A DNA stretch of 64,000 nt from Polyangiaceae bacterium (GCA_965222375.1 CBDCTZ010000008.1:384001-448000), one strand, 5' to 3'. Counted from the first letter of the stretch, positions 54,090 to 64,000 are shown. The notes: generated by a model from the sequence alone, not told the origin. Program-made: numbers and translations.

Positions 54090-55280
54090 TCATGCCGGTG
54101 CTTCGGATTCATTCGCTTCATCGCCCGCGGCACCCTCTGGGGACGGTTCGCTTTCTGCGGAGGCTTGCCCCGCTTCCGTTGCAGGCTCATTGGAGGCGGT
54201 TTCGAGACCAGCGTCGGAACTTGCCGGTGGCACGTCAGCGCCAGGCTGCTCGAGGGCGCCCGAAGGCGGCGCTGCTTCCGGCAGCGATTCCGGTCCAGTG
54301 ACACCTGGAGCCAACACCGCAGCACCCCCGGCGTCCGGAATGACCTCAGCGCCCGAAGCGAGCTCACCGGCCCTCTTCGGAGGGGGCTCGGGCTTGCGGC
54401 GTGAGGTGATCATGTCGATGGCCATCAAGCCCACGCCAATGCAAATGAAGATGTCAGCGACGTTGAAGGTTGGCCAGTGATCCGTGATCGTCCAACCCTT
54501 CGAAAGCTTGGCAATGCCGCGATTCATGCCTTCGATCCAGTCGGCGCGAAAGTCGATGAAATCCACGACGCTGGAGCGAATGATGCGGTCGGATAGGTTG
54601 CCCAAGGCGCCACCCAGAACCAAAGGTAGACCCCACTTGAGGGCGCGCTGGCCGGGCGCCAGCCGGCTGTAGAGCGAAACGATGAACGCGATCGCCAGCA
54701 CGCTCACGGCGAGGAAGAACGGCTTGCGGATATTCTCGCTCGCGTCGTGCAAGAGTCCCCACGCGCCGCCGCGGTTGTACGCGAGGGTGAACATCAGATG
54801 ATCTGGAATCAGCGCGATGGAGGGGTCGTCCAAGGTGCGCCTGGACAGCTCGACTTCCGCCCACGCTTTCGAACCGATGTCCAGGGCAAGGGACACCGCG
54901 GCCAGTACGCCGAAAAAGAGATAGGTGGGTCGTCCGCGCATAGCTGCGACGCTCTCAGCGGTCAGCTCGGGTTCCTCCGCCTTCGACGGAGTTGGGGCGG
55001 CAGGCGTTGCGGCCATGTCTGCAGCGCCGGGCGAACCGACGACATCCGCAGCGCCGGGCGAACGGACGGAACTCGTCGCACCCGAAACGGACATCGCTGG
55101 ACCGGCGGTATCGCTATCGAGGGCGACCGCAGCAAGACTGTCGGCGGGCATGTCCCCCAAGATCGGCGCTGCCTCTTCCGCCGGCTTTGGACCCGGGTCA
55201 CCAGCGGCGGAGGCATCGCCCGCGGCAGCGCCGTCCGGAGCGTCTGTCCCCTTCGTTTCGGGCTCGGTGGGATCCGTCAT
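54090..55280 (-). CDS. lspA: Lipoprotein signal peptidase II with long disordered N- and C-terminal extensions
   Basis: D..SK, NRGGAWG, GGALGNLSDR, VVDFIDF, WPTFNVAD. Confidence 0.93.
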   Translation of the reverse strand: MTDPTEPETKGTDAPDGAAAGDASAAGDPGPKPAEEAAPILGDMPADSLAAVALDSDTAGPAMSVSGATSSVRSPGAADVVGSPGAADMAATPAAPTPSKAEEPELTAESVAAMRGRPTYLFFGVLAAVSLALDIGSKAWAEVELSRRTLDDPSIALIPDHLMFTLAYNRGGAWGLLHDASENIRKPFFLAVSVLAIAFIVSLYSRLAPGQRALKWGLPLVLGGALGNLSDRIIRSSVVDFIDFRADWIEGMNRGIAKLSKGWTITDHWPTFNVADIFICIGVGLMAIDMITSRRKPEPPPKRAGELASGAEVIPDAGGAAVLAPGVTGPESLPEAAPPSGALEQPGADVPPASSDAGLETASNEPATEAGQASAESEPSPEGAAGDEANESEAPA

Positions 55281-55396
55281 GATCGGCCGGGGTAGTTACG
55301 ACAGGACGCTCGGATCCGCCAGTGATCTGCCACCCGAGCCAGCCAAACCCGCATCGTTTTGTGGAATATGAGGGCCGGTCGGCCATTGCCGCACCC

Positions 55397-55412
55397 CCGA
55401 ACATCTGTTTAG
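55397..55412 (+). promoter_or_regulatory. Putative LexA (SOS) box upstream of mrfA
   Basis: CCGAACATCTGTTTAG (2 mismatches to CTRHAMRYBYGTTCAG) plus an extra GTTCAG half-site at 55415-55420 abutting the GTG. Confidence 0.55.
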
Positions 55413-55420
55413 GTGTTCAG

Positions 55421-57853
55421 GTGAATCGCGCACCTTGGCATCAAGACCGCGGCGCGGGGGCCGTGGTGGAAAAATGGCTGGCTTCGGGCGGTGTCCGCCA
55501 CTGCCTCTCAGCGGACGTGTCGACCCCGAGCCACGACGCAACAACGCGTCGAATGCCAAAGCATCTCGCGCCTCAACTGCGGCGTGCCTTGGACGATCGC
55601 GGCATCACCCAGCTGTACAGCCACCAGGCGGAGGCCATCAGCGCGGCGCGCCGTGGACGCCACGTCGTCATCGCCACGCCAACCGCCAGCGGCAAGAGCC
55701 TGTGCTTTCACCTTCCAGTACTCCAGGCACTCAGCGAAGACCCAACAGCCAGCGCCCTATTCCTCTACCCAACGAAAGCCCTGTCTCGGGACCAAGAACA
55801 CGCCCTTCGCGAGCTCATCACGGATGCGAAGCTCGGTGTGGCCGCGACGGTGTACGACGGTGACACACCTGGCGACGCACGACGCCTGGCGCGGGAACGT
55901 TGTCGCATCGTCCTGACCAATCCCGACATGCTGCACGCCGGTATCTTGCCCAACCACACCAAGTGGGTCTCCACGTTCCAGGGCTTGCGCTACGTCGTGC
56001 TCGACGAACTGCATACCTACCGCGGCGTCTTCGGGTCACACATGGCACACGTCATCGCAAGACTGAAACGCATCGCGCGCTTCCACGGGGCAGATCCGGT
56101 GTTCATCACCGCCACGGCGACCATCGGCAACCCGAAGGCCCATGCCGCACGCCTGATCGGCGCGGATGAAAGCCAAATAGAACTGGTAGATCGCTCGGGG
56201 GCGCCCCGAGCCAGTCGTCGGCTCTTCGTCTACAACCCGCCCATCGTCAACGAGGAGCTCGGGATCCGAGCTAGCGCCCTCAAGCAAAGCGTGAACCTGG
56301 CGTCGGATCTGGTGCGCGCCAAAGTACCCACCATTGTCTTCGGTCCGTCCCGCAACAGCGTCGAAGTGATGCTGAAGTACTTGCGAGCTCGAGTGGGCGA
56401 CGTGGCCGGCGCTGACGCCATCATGGCTTATCGTGGCGGCTATCTGCCGGACAAGCGTCGGCAGATCGAAGCCGGCCTGCGGGAAGGGCGCATCTTGTGT
56501 GTGGTTGCGACCAACGCCCTCGAACTCGGCATCGACATCGGCGACTTGGACGCGGTGATCTGTGCGGGCTACCCGGGTAGCGTCGCAGCCACGTGGCAGC
56601 GCTTTGGTCGTGCCGGGCGCCGGGGTGAAAACAGCATCGGCGTGTTGGTCTGCACGAGCTCGCCCTTGGACCAGTACCTGGCGCGGGACCCGAGCTATCT
56701 GATTGGCGCACCCGCGGAGGAAGCCCGCATCGATCCGGACAACGTGGAAGTCCTCGTGCAGCACCTCAAATGCGCCACCTTCGAAGCCCCCTTCGAGATC
56801 GCCGGAGCTGGGCCGCGGCCCGCGCACCCGGAAGTCGCCGAGGGGGATGGCTACGGCGCACTGTCTCCAAACTCGACCCGAGACGCCTTGGACTATCTGT
56901 CCCAGCACGGCCTGGTTCACGACAATGGGGGCGTGTTTCACTGGTCTGGAGAGGCGTTTCCCGCCAACCATGTCTCCCTTCGCAACATCGGCTGGGACAA
57001 CTTCGTGATCATCGATGTCGCGACGGATCGCAGCATTGCGGAGCTCGACTGGCGCGCCGCTCACACCATGCTCCACGAGCAGGCAATCTATCAACACGAC
57101 GCCGAACAGTTCCAAGTGGAGCGCTTGGACTTCGAGAACCACAAGGCCTTCGTGCGCAAGGTCGCACCCGACTACTTCACGACCGCGCTGACTTATCGCA
57201 CTGTGCAAGTCATCGACGAAGCCAAGACGTCCACAGCCGGCTTGGCACGCACCGGCCTGGGTGACGTAAAAGTCGAAGAAAAGGTCACGGGCTACAAGAA
57301 GATCAAGTTCTTCACTCACGAAAACGCCGGCTATGGAGACGTGCATCTTCCGGAAATGCAAATGCACACGACAGCCTTTTGGCTGACCGTTCCCGAGGAC
57401 GTGCTGGAGCAGATGAACGCGCCGCGGGCCGTCGTCATCGACGGCTTGCGAGGGCTGGGGCGCGCGCTCGAAACCGTCAGCACGCTGGCGTTGATGTGCG
57501 ACCCAAGGGACGTCGGCCAGACCCTCGGCGACGGCGGTGCGCCGGGAGGAAGAACCCTCTCGCCGGGGCGCGATCCTTTCGGCGGCCGTATGGGAGGTTT
57601 TGATCCAACGATCTTCCTCTTCGACGCCCTGCCCGGCGGCGTCGGCCTCGCCCCCCGGATCTTCGACCGCACGGTGGAGCTGCTTTCGCGGGCGCGGGCG
57701 TTGATGGAAGGCTGCCGCTGCGAGCACGGCTGTCCGGCCTGCGTCGGACCGACCGAAGAGTCCGATAGCCGTCGCCGGACCGCGCTGCGCCTACTATCGG
57801 CCCTCGATCTGCGTGACCCCAGTCCCCACGCGCCGCAGGTCGAAGCCGGATGA
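55421..57853 (+). CDS. mrfA: YprA/MrfA/SftH (Hrq1-like) SF2 helicase with DUF1998 zinc domain
   Basis: LYSHQ, TASGKS, DELH, TAT, ALELGID, QRFGRAGRR, C-terminal LMCD...CRCEHGCPAC; GTG 55421 is the probable start. Confidence 0.9.
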   Translation: MNRAPWHQDRGAGAVVEKWLASGGVRHCLSADVSTPSHDATTRRMPKHLAPQLRRALDDRGITQLYSHQAEAISAARRGRHVVIATPTASGKSLCFHLPVLQALSEDPTASALFLYPTKALSRDQEHALRELITDAKLGVAATVYDGDTPGDARRLARERCRIVLTNPDMLHAGILPNHTKWVSTFQGLRYVVLDELHTYRGVFGSHMAHVIARLKRIARFHGADPVFITATATIGNPKAHAARLIGADESQIELVDRSGAPRASRRLFVYNPPIVNEELGIRASALKQSVNLASDLVRAKVPTIVFGPSRNSVEVMLKYLRARVGDVAGADAIMAYRGGYLPDKRRQIEAGLREGRILCVVATNALELGIDIGDLDAVICAGYPGSVAATWQRFGRAGRRGENSIGVLVCTSSPLDQYLARDPSYLIGAPAEEARIDPDNVEVLVQHLKCATFEAPFEIAGAGPRPAHPEVAEGDGYGALSPNSTRDALDYLSQHGLVHDNGGVFHWSGEAFPANHVSLRNIGWDNFVIIDVATDRSIAELDWRAAHTMLHEQAIYQHDAEQFQVERLDFENHKAFVRKVAPDYFTTALTYRTVQVIDEAKTSTAGLARTGLGDVKVEEKVTGYKKIKFFTHENAGYGDVHLPEMQMHTTAFWLTVPEDVLEQMNAPRAVVIDGLRGLGRALETVSTLALMCDPRDVGQTLGDGGAPGGRTLSPGRDPFGGRMGGFDPTIFLFDALPGGVGLAPRIFDRTVELLSRARALMEGCRCEHGCPACVGPTEESDSRRRTALRLLSALDLRDPSPHAPQVEAG

Positions 57854-57911
57854 GGCCGGCCTGCCCCGGAGCGTGGTTGCGCCAGGTGCACGTGCGCCCT
57901 AGCCTTTTGCC

Positions 57912-60017
57912 TTGGTGAGTTCGAAGCGCACGGCTTGGGTCCTTCGCGGCGGCGCCATCCTGGCGGCCGCAAGCGTCGCCTACGCTTGCCTCGCTCGAGA
58001 CGACGGAGCCTTCGAGAAGCAGTACTCGGACGACGCCGGGCCACCCGGAGCCATTGAGGCCGGTCCAAGCGTCGACGACGCCAAGGGAGAACTGCCCAAC
58101 ATCGATCCCCACGGCGTGCAAGGCGTCGATCCGCCGCATGGCTCCTGGGCAGGCGGGCAGCTCGCCTTGGTGCGAGGCAACGGCTTTTCTAGCGAAGTGC
58201 GAGTTTGGTTCGGTAGTGTCGAGGTACCTGCATCGGACCTAGTGCCCATCGACGCGAAGCGCATACAGGTGACGGTGCCTGGTGGCGCTGCGGGCGCGGT
58301 GGATGTGCGGGTCCAGAACGGCAGCGACGAGTCCACGAGCCGAACCGTGGTGGGTGGCTACACCTACGACGACTTCTTCGTAGAGCCCGCGTCGGGTCCG
58401 ACCTCCGGTGGGACTCACGTCACGCTCCAGGGCAGCGGAACGAACTGGACCGCTGGCACGGAGGTGCTGATCGATCTGGTCCCCTGCGCAGACGTCGTCG
58501 TGGTGAGCAAGACGGAGCTGCGCTGCACCACGCCCGCTGCAGCGCCGGGGGCCAAGCTGGTCCGCGTGACCACGCCGGACAAGGTGAACGTCGATGTGCT
58601 GGACGCGTTCTTGTACGGCAATAGCAACAATGGCTTTCGCGGCGGCCTCAGCGGGCAGCCGTTGAACGGGAAGCTTCGCGTGCTGGCTCTGGACGCCTTC
58701 ACTGGCGATCCCATCCCCGCGGCTCATGTCGTGGCGGGCGATACCCTGGAAAACGCGCTCGTAGCGAAGACCGACGGCGCCGGCGTAGTCGACTTTCAGG
58801 ACGCAGGCCTCTCCAAGAAGCGCTCCGTCACCGTCGCCAAGAAGTGCTATCAGCCGATCACTTTCGTCGATGTGCCCGTCGACACGGTCACGGCCTACCT
58901 CGACCCAATCCTGTCGCCGACCTGCGTGGAGGACGGAGACCCGCCGCCCACGGGCGGCAGCGGTTCCCTTTCCGGCAGCGTGAGTGGTGAGTTGCTGTGG
59001 CCCAAGGCCAAGGAATTCGAACGCGCGGGTTGGACGAACGTGCCGCTGCCCAAGGGGCCCAATGAAGCCCACGTCGCCTACGTGTTCCCTCTAGCGTCGA
59101 CGGTATCCTCTGAATTCCAGCTTCCGGGAAAATTCGCGGCGATCACGCCAGACTCCCCAGGCACCATCGGTTTTGCTTACGGGATGAGCACGTCGACGGG
59201 CAACAAGACCTTCTATGCGCTGGCTGGAATCGAAGATCGGTCCGTGACTCCGCCCAAGTTCATCGCCTACGCCATGGGGATCGTGAAGGGCGTGCCCAGC
59301 GTTCCTGGTGTGGGTACCAACAACATCTACATCGAAATGGACATTCCGCTGGACCACGCCCTGACCGTGTCCGCGGGCGGCCCGACCCCGACGGCCAAAG
59401 GCCCTGATCGCCTGGTCGTCGCTAGCGCTGTGTCTGTGGGCGAGCTGGGCTACGTCATCCTCCCGAATGCAAAAAAGACCGCGTTTTTGCCTGGAAGCTC
59501 GAACTTCTCCTTCGTGGGGCTACCACCCCTGGTGGGCGCGCTGGGCGGGACGCACTACGTCGTCGCCGCCCGCGCTGTCACGGGCAAGGGAGAGGCAACT
59601 CCTGAGTCCGTAGCCACGCGCCTGCAGACCAACACCACCTCCGCGCCCGTCGTCGTCGCTGGTTTCGTGGAGATCCCCAGCCTAGCCACCCCGAAGAACA
59701 ACACCCTCTGGAACGGCCGCGATTTGAGCGTGACCTTCAAGCCCGGTGGCGTCAGCGTGGACCTGACCGTGATTACGATGTCGAGCCTCGGGGGGCTCTC
59801 GAATTGGACCATCGCCGCGCCCGAGGGGGTCAACGACATTCAGCTCCCAGCTCTCGAAGTATTGGATCCCAAAGCCGCCCTGCCCTCAGGGCCGCTGACG
59901 ATTGCCGTATCTCTGGCGAGCATCGCGAGCTTCGACTACGGCTCACTTCGCTATCGCCAGCTCGCAGAACGTGGCTGGAGCGCCCACGCCACGGACATCT
60001 TCTTCTCGCACTGGTGA
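57912..60017 (+). CDS. IPT/TIG-domain surface lipoprotein
   Basis: Lipobox AYAC; two IPT/TIG-like units (P..G...GG..V...G..F/W); beta-rich C-terminal part. Confidence 0.8.
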   Translation: MVSSKRTAWVLRGGAILAAASVAYACLARDDGAFEKQYSDDAGPPGAIEAGPSVDDAKGELPNIDPHGVQGVDPPHGSWAGGQLALVRGNGFSSEVRVWFGSVEVPASDLVPIDAKRIQVTVPGGAAGAVDVRVQNGSDESTSRTVVGGYTYDDFFVEPASGPTSGGTHVTLQGSGTNWTAGTEVLIDLVPCADVVVVSKTELRCTTPAAAPGAKLVRVTTPDKVNVDVLDAFLYGNSNNGFRGGLSGQPLNGKLRVLALDAFTGDPIPAAHVVAGDTLENALVAKTDGAGVVDFQDAGLSKKRSVTVAKKCYQPITFVDVPVDTVTAYLDPILSPTCVEDGDPPPTGGSGSLSGSVSGELLWPKAKEFERAGWTNVPLPKGPNEAHVAYVFPLASTVSSEFQLPGKFAAITPDSPGTIGFAYGMSTSTGNKTFYALAGIEDRSVTPPKFIAYAMGIVKGVPSVPGVGTNNIYIEMDIPLDHALTVSAGGPTPTAKGPDRLVVASAVSVGELGYVILPNAKKTAFLPGSSNFSFVGLPPLVGALGGTHYVVAARAVTGKGEATPESVATRLQTNTTSAPVVVAGFVEIPSLATPKNNTLWNGRDLSVTFKPGGVSVDLTVITMSSLGGLSNWTIAAPEGVNDIQLPALEVLDPKAALPSGPLTIAVSLASIASFDYGSLRYRQLAERGWSAHATDIFFSHW

Positions 60018-60018
60018 G

Positions 60019-62043
60019 ATGGCATTCGGCACTCGATCCCGCGTCCCAAGGCTGCGGCGCATCCGCCGCGGCCTGTCGTTCCCGGCGCTAGCCGGGGCCG
60101 CTCTGCTGCTCGCCAGTTCCTGTTTCGATCGCACCGACCGCTGGATCCTGCCCGACGAACTGCCCCCACCGAACTGCGTCGTTGGCGATCAGCGCTGCGG
60201 CGCCCTCGGCGTCGAAACCTGTGTGGTCACGGACGGCTTCGCGAACTTCACCGTCACGGAAAACTGCAAGTCTGCGGGGTTGGTGTGCGCACCCAGCCTG
60301 TTGACCTGCAAGCGCTGCGTTCCCGGCGCCAACGTATGCAGTGGGGTGCAAACCGCGGTCTGCGATCAGAGCGGTGACTCACTGACCGTCACGGGTCAGT
60401 GCGATCCGGCCGACAAGGAAGCCTGTCGCAACGGCGGCTGCGTCAACCTCTGCGACGAGGCTCAGACCTTGCGCAGCAATGTGGGTTGTGAGTACTGGGC
60501 TGTGGACCTGGACAACGCCAACGTCGGACTATCCCTGAACGCAGCGAGCCAGCAGTTTGCCGTGGTCGTTTCCAATCCCCAACCTGATGTGCCCGCAGAG
60601 GTCGTGATTGCCAGGGATGATTCCAAGCCGGGCGAAAACCCGAAGGTGGTCGATGTGGCGAGTGCGACCATTCCGCCACTGAGCCTGCGGGTGTTCAAGC
60701 TCGGCCCCCGGGAAGTCGACGGCTCGCCTCCCGGGGAGTTCGATACGGGCAGCCACACGGCACTGACCCGCGGGGCTTACCGGCTGACAAGTGATTTTCC
60801 GGTGGTGGCCTATCAGTTCAACCCGCTGGAGAACGTGAATGTGTTTTCCAACGACGCCTCGCTGCTCAAGCCCGTCGAGGCGCTGGGCGCCGCCGGAACG
60901 AGCCTCGCTCCAGCCTACGTCGTTCTAGGCTGGCCCCAGACCATCGCCACCACTGAAGACCCGAAAACGAACTTCAGCGCGAGTTCCCCAATAGACTTGC
61001 GCTCCTTTCTGACCATTGTTGGTACCCGGCCCAACACGAAAGTCCGCGTCGAGACCACGGCGGGAATCATCGGCGGCGGACCGATCAAGACCACGCCCTC
61101 GGGTGGTGTGGTGGAAGCAGAGCTGGGTCCCTTCGAGGTGCTGAATCTGGAGACCGACGACTTCAACTCGGATTTCTCCGGGTCTCTGATCCACTCGGAT
61201 GCCCCGGTCGTAGTGTTCAGCGGGGGCGAGGCTAGCGACGCACCGTTCTTTTCCGATCTTGCGGAACGCCGCTGTTGCGCGGATCACCTCGAAGAACAGC
61301 TCGACCCGATCCGTACCGCTGGCAAGAAGTTTGCGGCTACGGTTTCCGAAAACCGAACGCGGGCTGTCAATTTGGCGGGGGCGACTCTTGGAGTGGTGGA
61401 GCAACCCGAGTACTTCCGAATCGTCGCAGTTACTACCGCGGGCGCGAAGGTGACGACCAGCCTAGCGGGTCAGTACAAGCAGTTCGAGCTGGCGACCCGC
61501 GGCTCCTTCGTCACGATCCCGAGCTCTCGAGACTTCGTCGTGGAATCCGACGAAGCCGTGATGCTGAGCCAGGTCTCCGCCAGCCAAGACGCCTCGGGCA
61601 TCCCCCGCGGCTTGCCAGGAGGCGATCCCAGCATGTTGATCGTGCCGCCCCTCGAGCAGTTCCGGTTTTCCTATGTATTCTTGACCCCGGACAAATACAG
61701 CTTCGATTTCATTCGCATCATCGCACCGCCGGACGCCACCGTCGTGCTGGACGGAGAGAGTGTGGACAGCCTGGAAAACTGCCGCGTCAGTCCCGCGGAT
61801 GGCCTGACGACTGAAGAGCGTGGCAGCGCTATCCCCTCCCTGGTCGTCCACCGCTGTCAGCTGTCTTTTCCGGTGATCGATCCGACCAAGCCCACGGACC
61901 GCCTGACCCCCGGCCTGCAGAACGACGGCGTGCATCGAGTCGATTCGGATCGCAAGGTCGGCGTCTTGGTAGAGGGCTTCGACAGCTTCGTCAGCTATGC
62001 CTACGCGGGCGGCACTGAGCTCACGTCCATCGTGCCGGAGTAG
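60019..62043 (+). CDS. IgGFc-binding-domain lipoprotein with Cys-rich N-terminus
   Basis: Lipobox ASSC, VGCEYWAVDLDN, YQFNPL, SNDASLL, DHLEEQ, GDPSM, SYAYAGG. Confidence 0.85.
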   Translation: MAFGTRSRVPRLRRIRRGLSFPALAGAALLLASSCFDRTDRWILPDELPPPNCVVGDQRCGALGVETCVVTDGFANFTVTENCKSAGLVCAPSLLTCKRCVPGANVCSGVQTAVCDQSGDSLTVTGQCDPADKEACRNGGCVNLCDEAQTLRSNVGCEYWAVDLDNANVGLSLNAASQQFAVVVSNPQPDVPAEVVIARDDSKPGENPKVVDVASATIPPLSLRVFKLGPREVDGSPPGEFDTGSHTALTRGAYRLTSDFPVVAYQFNPLENVNVFSNDASLLKPVEALGAAGTSLAPAYVVLGWPQTIATTEDPKTNFSASSPIDLRSFLTIVGTRPNTKVRVETTAGIIGGGPIKTTPSGGVVEAELGPFEVLNLETDDFNSDFSGSLIHSDAPVVVFSGGEASDAPFFSDLAERRCCADHLEEQLDPIRTAGKKFAATVSENRTRAVNLAGATLGVVEQPEYFRIVAVTTAGAKVTTSLAGQYKQFELATRGSFVTIPSSRDFVVESDEAVMLSQVSASQDASGIPRGLPGGDPSMLIVPPLEQFRFSYVFLTPDKYSFDFIRIIAPPDATVVLDGESVDSLENCRVSPADGLTTEERGSAIPSLVVHRCQLSFPVIDPTKPTDRLTPGLQNDGVHRVDSDRKVGVLVEGFDSFVSYAYAGGTELTSIVPE

Positions 62044-62052
62044 CGAAGCGGC

Positions 62053-63855
62053 TCAACGCCGGGTCAGCGGCCAGGACCGCAACAGCGGCATGGGCGCGCC
62101 AGCGCCGCTTTGGCGCTGCGCCCGCTCGCATTCCGCCACGGACAGGCGCCGAGGCCCAAAGATGGTCGGATCGGCGGCGTCCGCGTCCATCAAATCGCTC
62201 GGGCGATCGACGCCGTAGTCGTCGGGGTGGCCAGGTACGTCCAACAAAATGTGACCTAGTTCGTGAGCCAGCGTGTAGGAACGCGCTCCTGCGACGATGG
62301 CGGCCCGGTCGATGACCACCACGTTCCGAACGCTACCGCCATCCGCGAAAATGAAGCTCTCACCGATTCGTCCCGTCCTCGCAAAGCTGGGGATCACGAT
62401 CACTTCGATGCTCGAGGGATCATCGTCCGATAGGGCCTTGATCAAGGCGCGCTCTTCGACCGTGCCCGCGGCCGCGTCGAAGTCGGAGAAGTGGGTCAAG
62501 CCGTCCGTGAGCTCTACCTGGCCAATACAGACGTTCATGGTCGGATCCGACGAAACCGGTCCCGATGCCGACAACACCGCGCGGGTGCCATCGCGCCGAC
62601 GGACCAGCAGGTCGAAGGTTGGCATCGCCCCCGGAGCGATGCGCGGATTGGGGCTCACCGTCGGCGACAGGCCCGCAGCTATCAGAGCGCGTTTGAGCAA
62701 GTGGGTCACGCGACGTGGCGACGCACCGGGGGGTGTTGCCACTTGCACGGTCTTGCCGTCCACCAGCACGCGAACGTTCCCTCCGCTGGCGGGTAAACCG
62801 CGATCACAGCCCACGGCCAGCAGAAACGGCTCGGGAGGGTCCACAACCTGGATGAATTGCTCCTTGGCGGGCCCAAAGCTCACGCCGCACTGACCCCAAA
62901 CGCCGGATGCGGCAAGCAAGTCCGCTTGGGCCAGCCGTTTGGCCACGGCATCGTTCCCGCCGATAGGCGGCGCGCCCCCCTTCGCTTGGCGCACCAGGTG
63001 CACTCGCAACTTGGCGCGGTACCGCCCCAAGGGTCCGACAGCCGTTACCCGTGGGCCGCCGACCCGCAGCGAGGTGACGGCCCGCTCGTCGACACTGGTG
63101 AGGATCTTGCCGCCGACCTCGGCGCGCAGAGAAACCGCCGCCGAGTCCGGGTGGCTACGATCGATGTCATCGCTGGTGGCGCGCAAGAACGGCGTTGCCC
63201 GGCAGGCCTTGCCAGGGCCGCTCACGGTCTTGGGGCACTTCACAACGGCGAGGGGCACGTCGCCCAGCCGGTCCAAGGGCGCCAACGCCGCATCCACGGA
63301 AACCACATGCACGCTCTTGGGTAGTGTTCCAGCAGGCCCGACGACGAGCCAACGCAGTGAATCGTCGTCCGGCAACGCAGACTTGCTGCGCAGGGAAGCT
63401 GGCAGACTGCGACTGATCGACGCGTGGGACAGCGCCGGATCCACGCGACGGCCGGCGCGATCCAAGAGCGCGAAGCCGAGCACTTGCACCCTGAGCGTGC
63501 GCGCGCCGACGCTGACGGCCGCGGGACCAGGTGTCGTCCCCTGCAGGAACACGCGTTTGGCCCCGCTACCGCGAGGAGCGAGTTTTTCGCGGGCAATCAG
63601 CCGGACTCCACCGTGGGATACCCGGACCCGCTGCCCCTTTGGGTTGTCTATGACGTAGAGCGCCTCGGTCACGGCGGAACCGAAGGTCGTTCCGCGGCCG
63701 TCGGCGATACCGTTGTCGTCGGAATCGTCCAGATCCGCGAAGATGACCACGGAGCCAGCCGCCGGCTCAGCTGCGGACGCATCTGCTCCGGCCTCAGCCG
63801 TAGCGGTGGCGACAGCTAGGCAGCACAGTCCGAAGCCAAGCCGCGCTCGGTTCAC
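62053..63855 (-). CDS. Secreted zinc metallopeptidase-like protein
   Basis: Signal peptide, DLDDSDDNGIAD acidic loop, C-terminal LAHELGHILLDVPGH...DLM; start is uncertain. Confidence 0.65.
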   Translation of the reverse strand: MNRARLGFGLCCLAVATATAEAGADASAAEPAAGSVVIFADLDDSDDNGIADGRGTTFGSAVTEALYVIDNPKGQRVRVSHGGVRLIAREKLAPRGSGAKRVFLQGTTPGPAAVSVGARTLRVQVLGFALLDRAGRRVDPALSHASISRSLPASLRSKSALPDDDSLRWLVVGPAGTLPKSVHVVSVDAALAPLDRLGDVPLAVVKCPKTVSGPGKACRATPFLRATSDDIDRSHPDSAAVSLRAEVGGKILTSVDERAVTSLRVGGPRVTAVGPLGRYRAKLRVHLVRQAKGGAPPIGGNDAVAKRLAQADLLAASGVWGQCGVSFGPAKEQFIQVVDPPEPFLLAVGCDRGLPASGGNVRVLVDGKTVQVATPPGASPRRVTHLLKRALIAAGLSPTVSPNPRIAPGAMPTFDLLVRRRDGTRAVLSASGPVSSDPTMNVCIGQVELTDGLTHFSDFDAAAGTVEERALIKALSDDDPSSIEVIVIPSFARTGRIGESFIFADGGSVRNVVVIDRAAIVAGARSYTLAHELGHILLDVPGHPDDYGVDRPSDLMDADAADPTIFGPRRLSVAECERAQRQSGAGAPMPLLRSWPLTRR

Positions 63856-64000
63856 TCGGGCCACCCGAGTTGAACTCGGCGGTATCGGGGCTCGGTGACT
63901 AGGCAGGCGTCGTCGGCTGCCTGCATCACCAACGCAGCCCAAGCGGCAGTGGGTAGATGTTTGCTCCCGAGCACCGCGGAGCCGAGTTCTCGAGCCCGTT

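Noticed and set aside
55421..57853. DISARM or Druantia anti-phage system suggested by DUF1998
   Set aside because: It is a single helicase-DUF1998 fusion of YprA/MrfA type among housekeeping genes, with no methylase, drmABC or other defence genes nearby

Overview
This is a gene-dense, high-GC chromosomal segment from what looks like a myxobacterium (Myxococcota, Polyangiaceae/Sorangiineae-like). That assignment is inferred from Gly-rich/Cys-rich lipoproteins, a Ser/Thr kinase-TPR module, IPT/TIG and IgGFc-binding proteins and a GYF/AgmX-like protein. About 60 CDS are present, mostly housekeeping and envelope genes (ccmCD, tatBC, proA-rsfS-rlmH, pyrF, rlmB, cysteine desulfurase, lnt, lgt-lspA, leuS, coaE, folD). 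I found no rRNA, tRNA, CRISPR array or intact mobile element. The best candidate for an undescribed system is at 26.5-34 kb. A kinase-C-lobe/GYF/TM protein and an orphan type III secretion ring lipoprotein (SctJ/YscJ) are tightly linked to an Mla/Mce ABC system with two different permeases and two different ATPases. The ATPases carry complementary degenerate motifs, predicting an asymmetric heterodimer with one dead and one active ATP site. Other highlights: a split MrfA/MrfB (YprA/YprB) DNA-repair pair, each with a LexA-like box at its start; a structured ~210-bp tandem repeat with compensatory changes upstream of leuS; a parS-like palindrome; an internally deleted vWA lipoprotein pseudogene; and a four-helix-bundle gene remnant. 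All calls come from motif recognition by eye, and no database searches were run.
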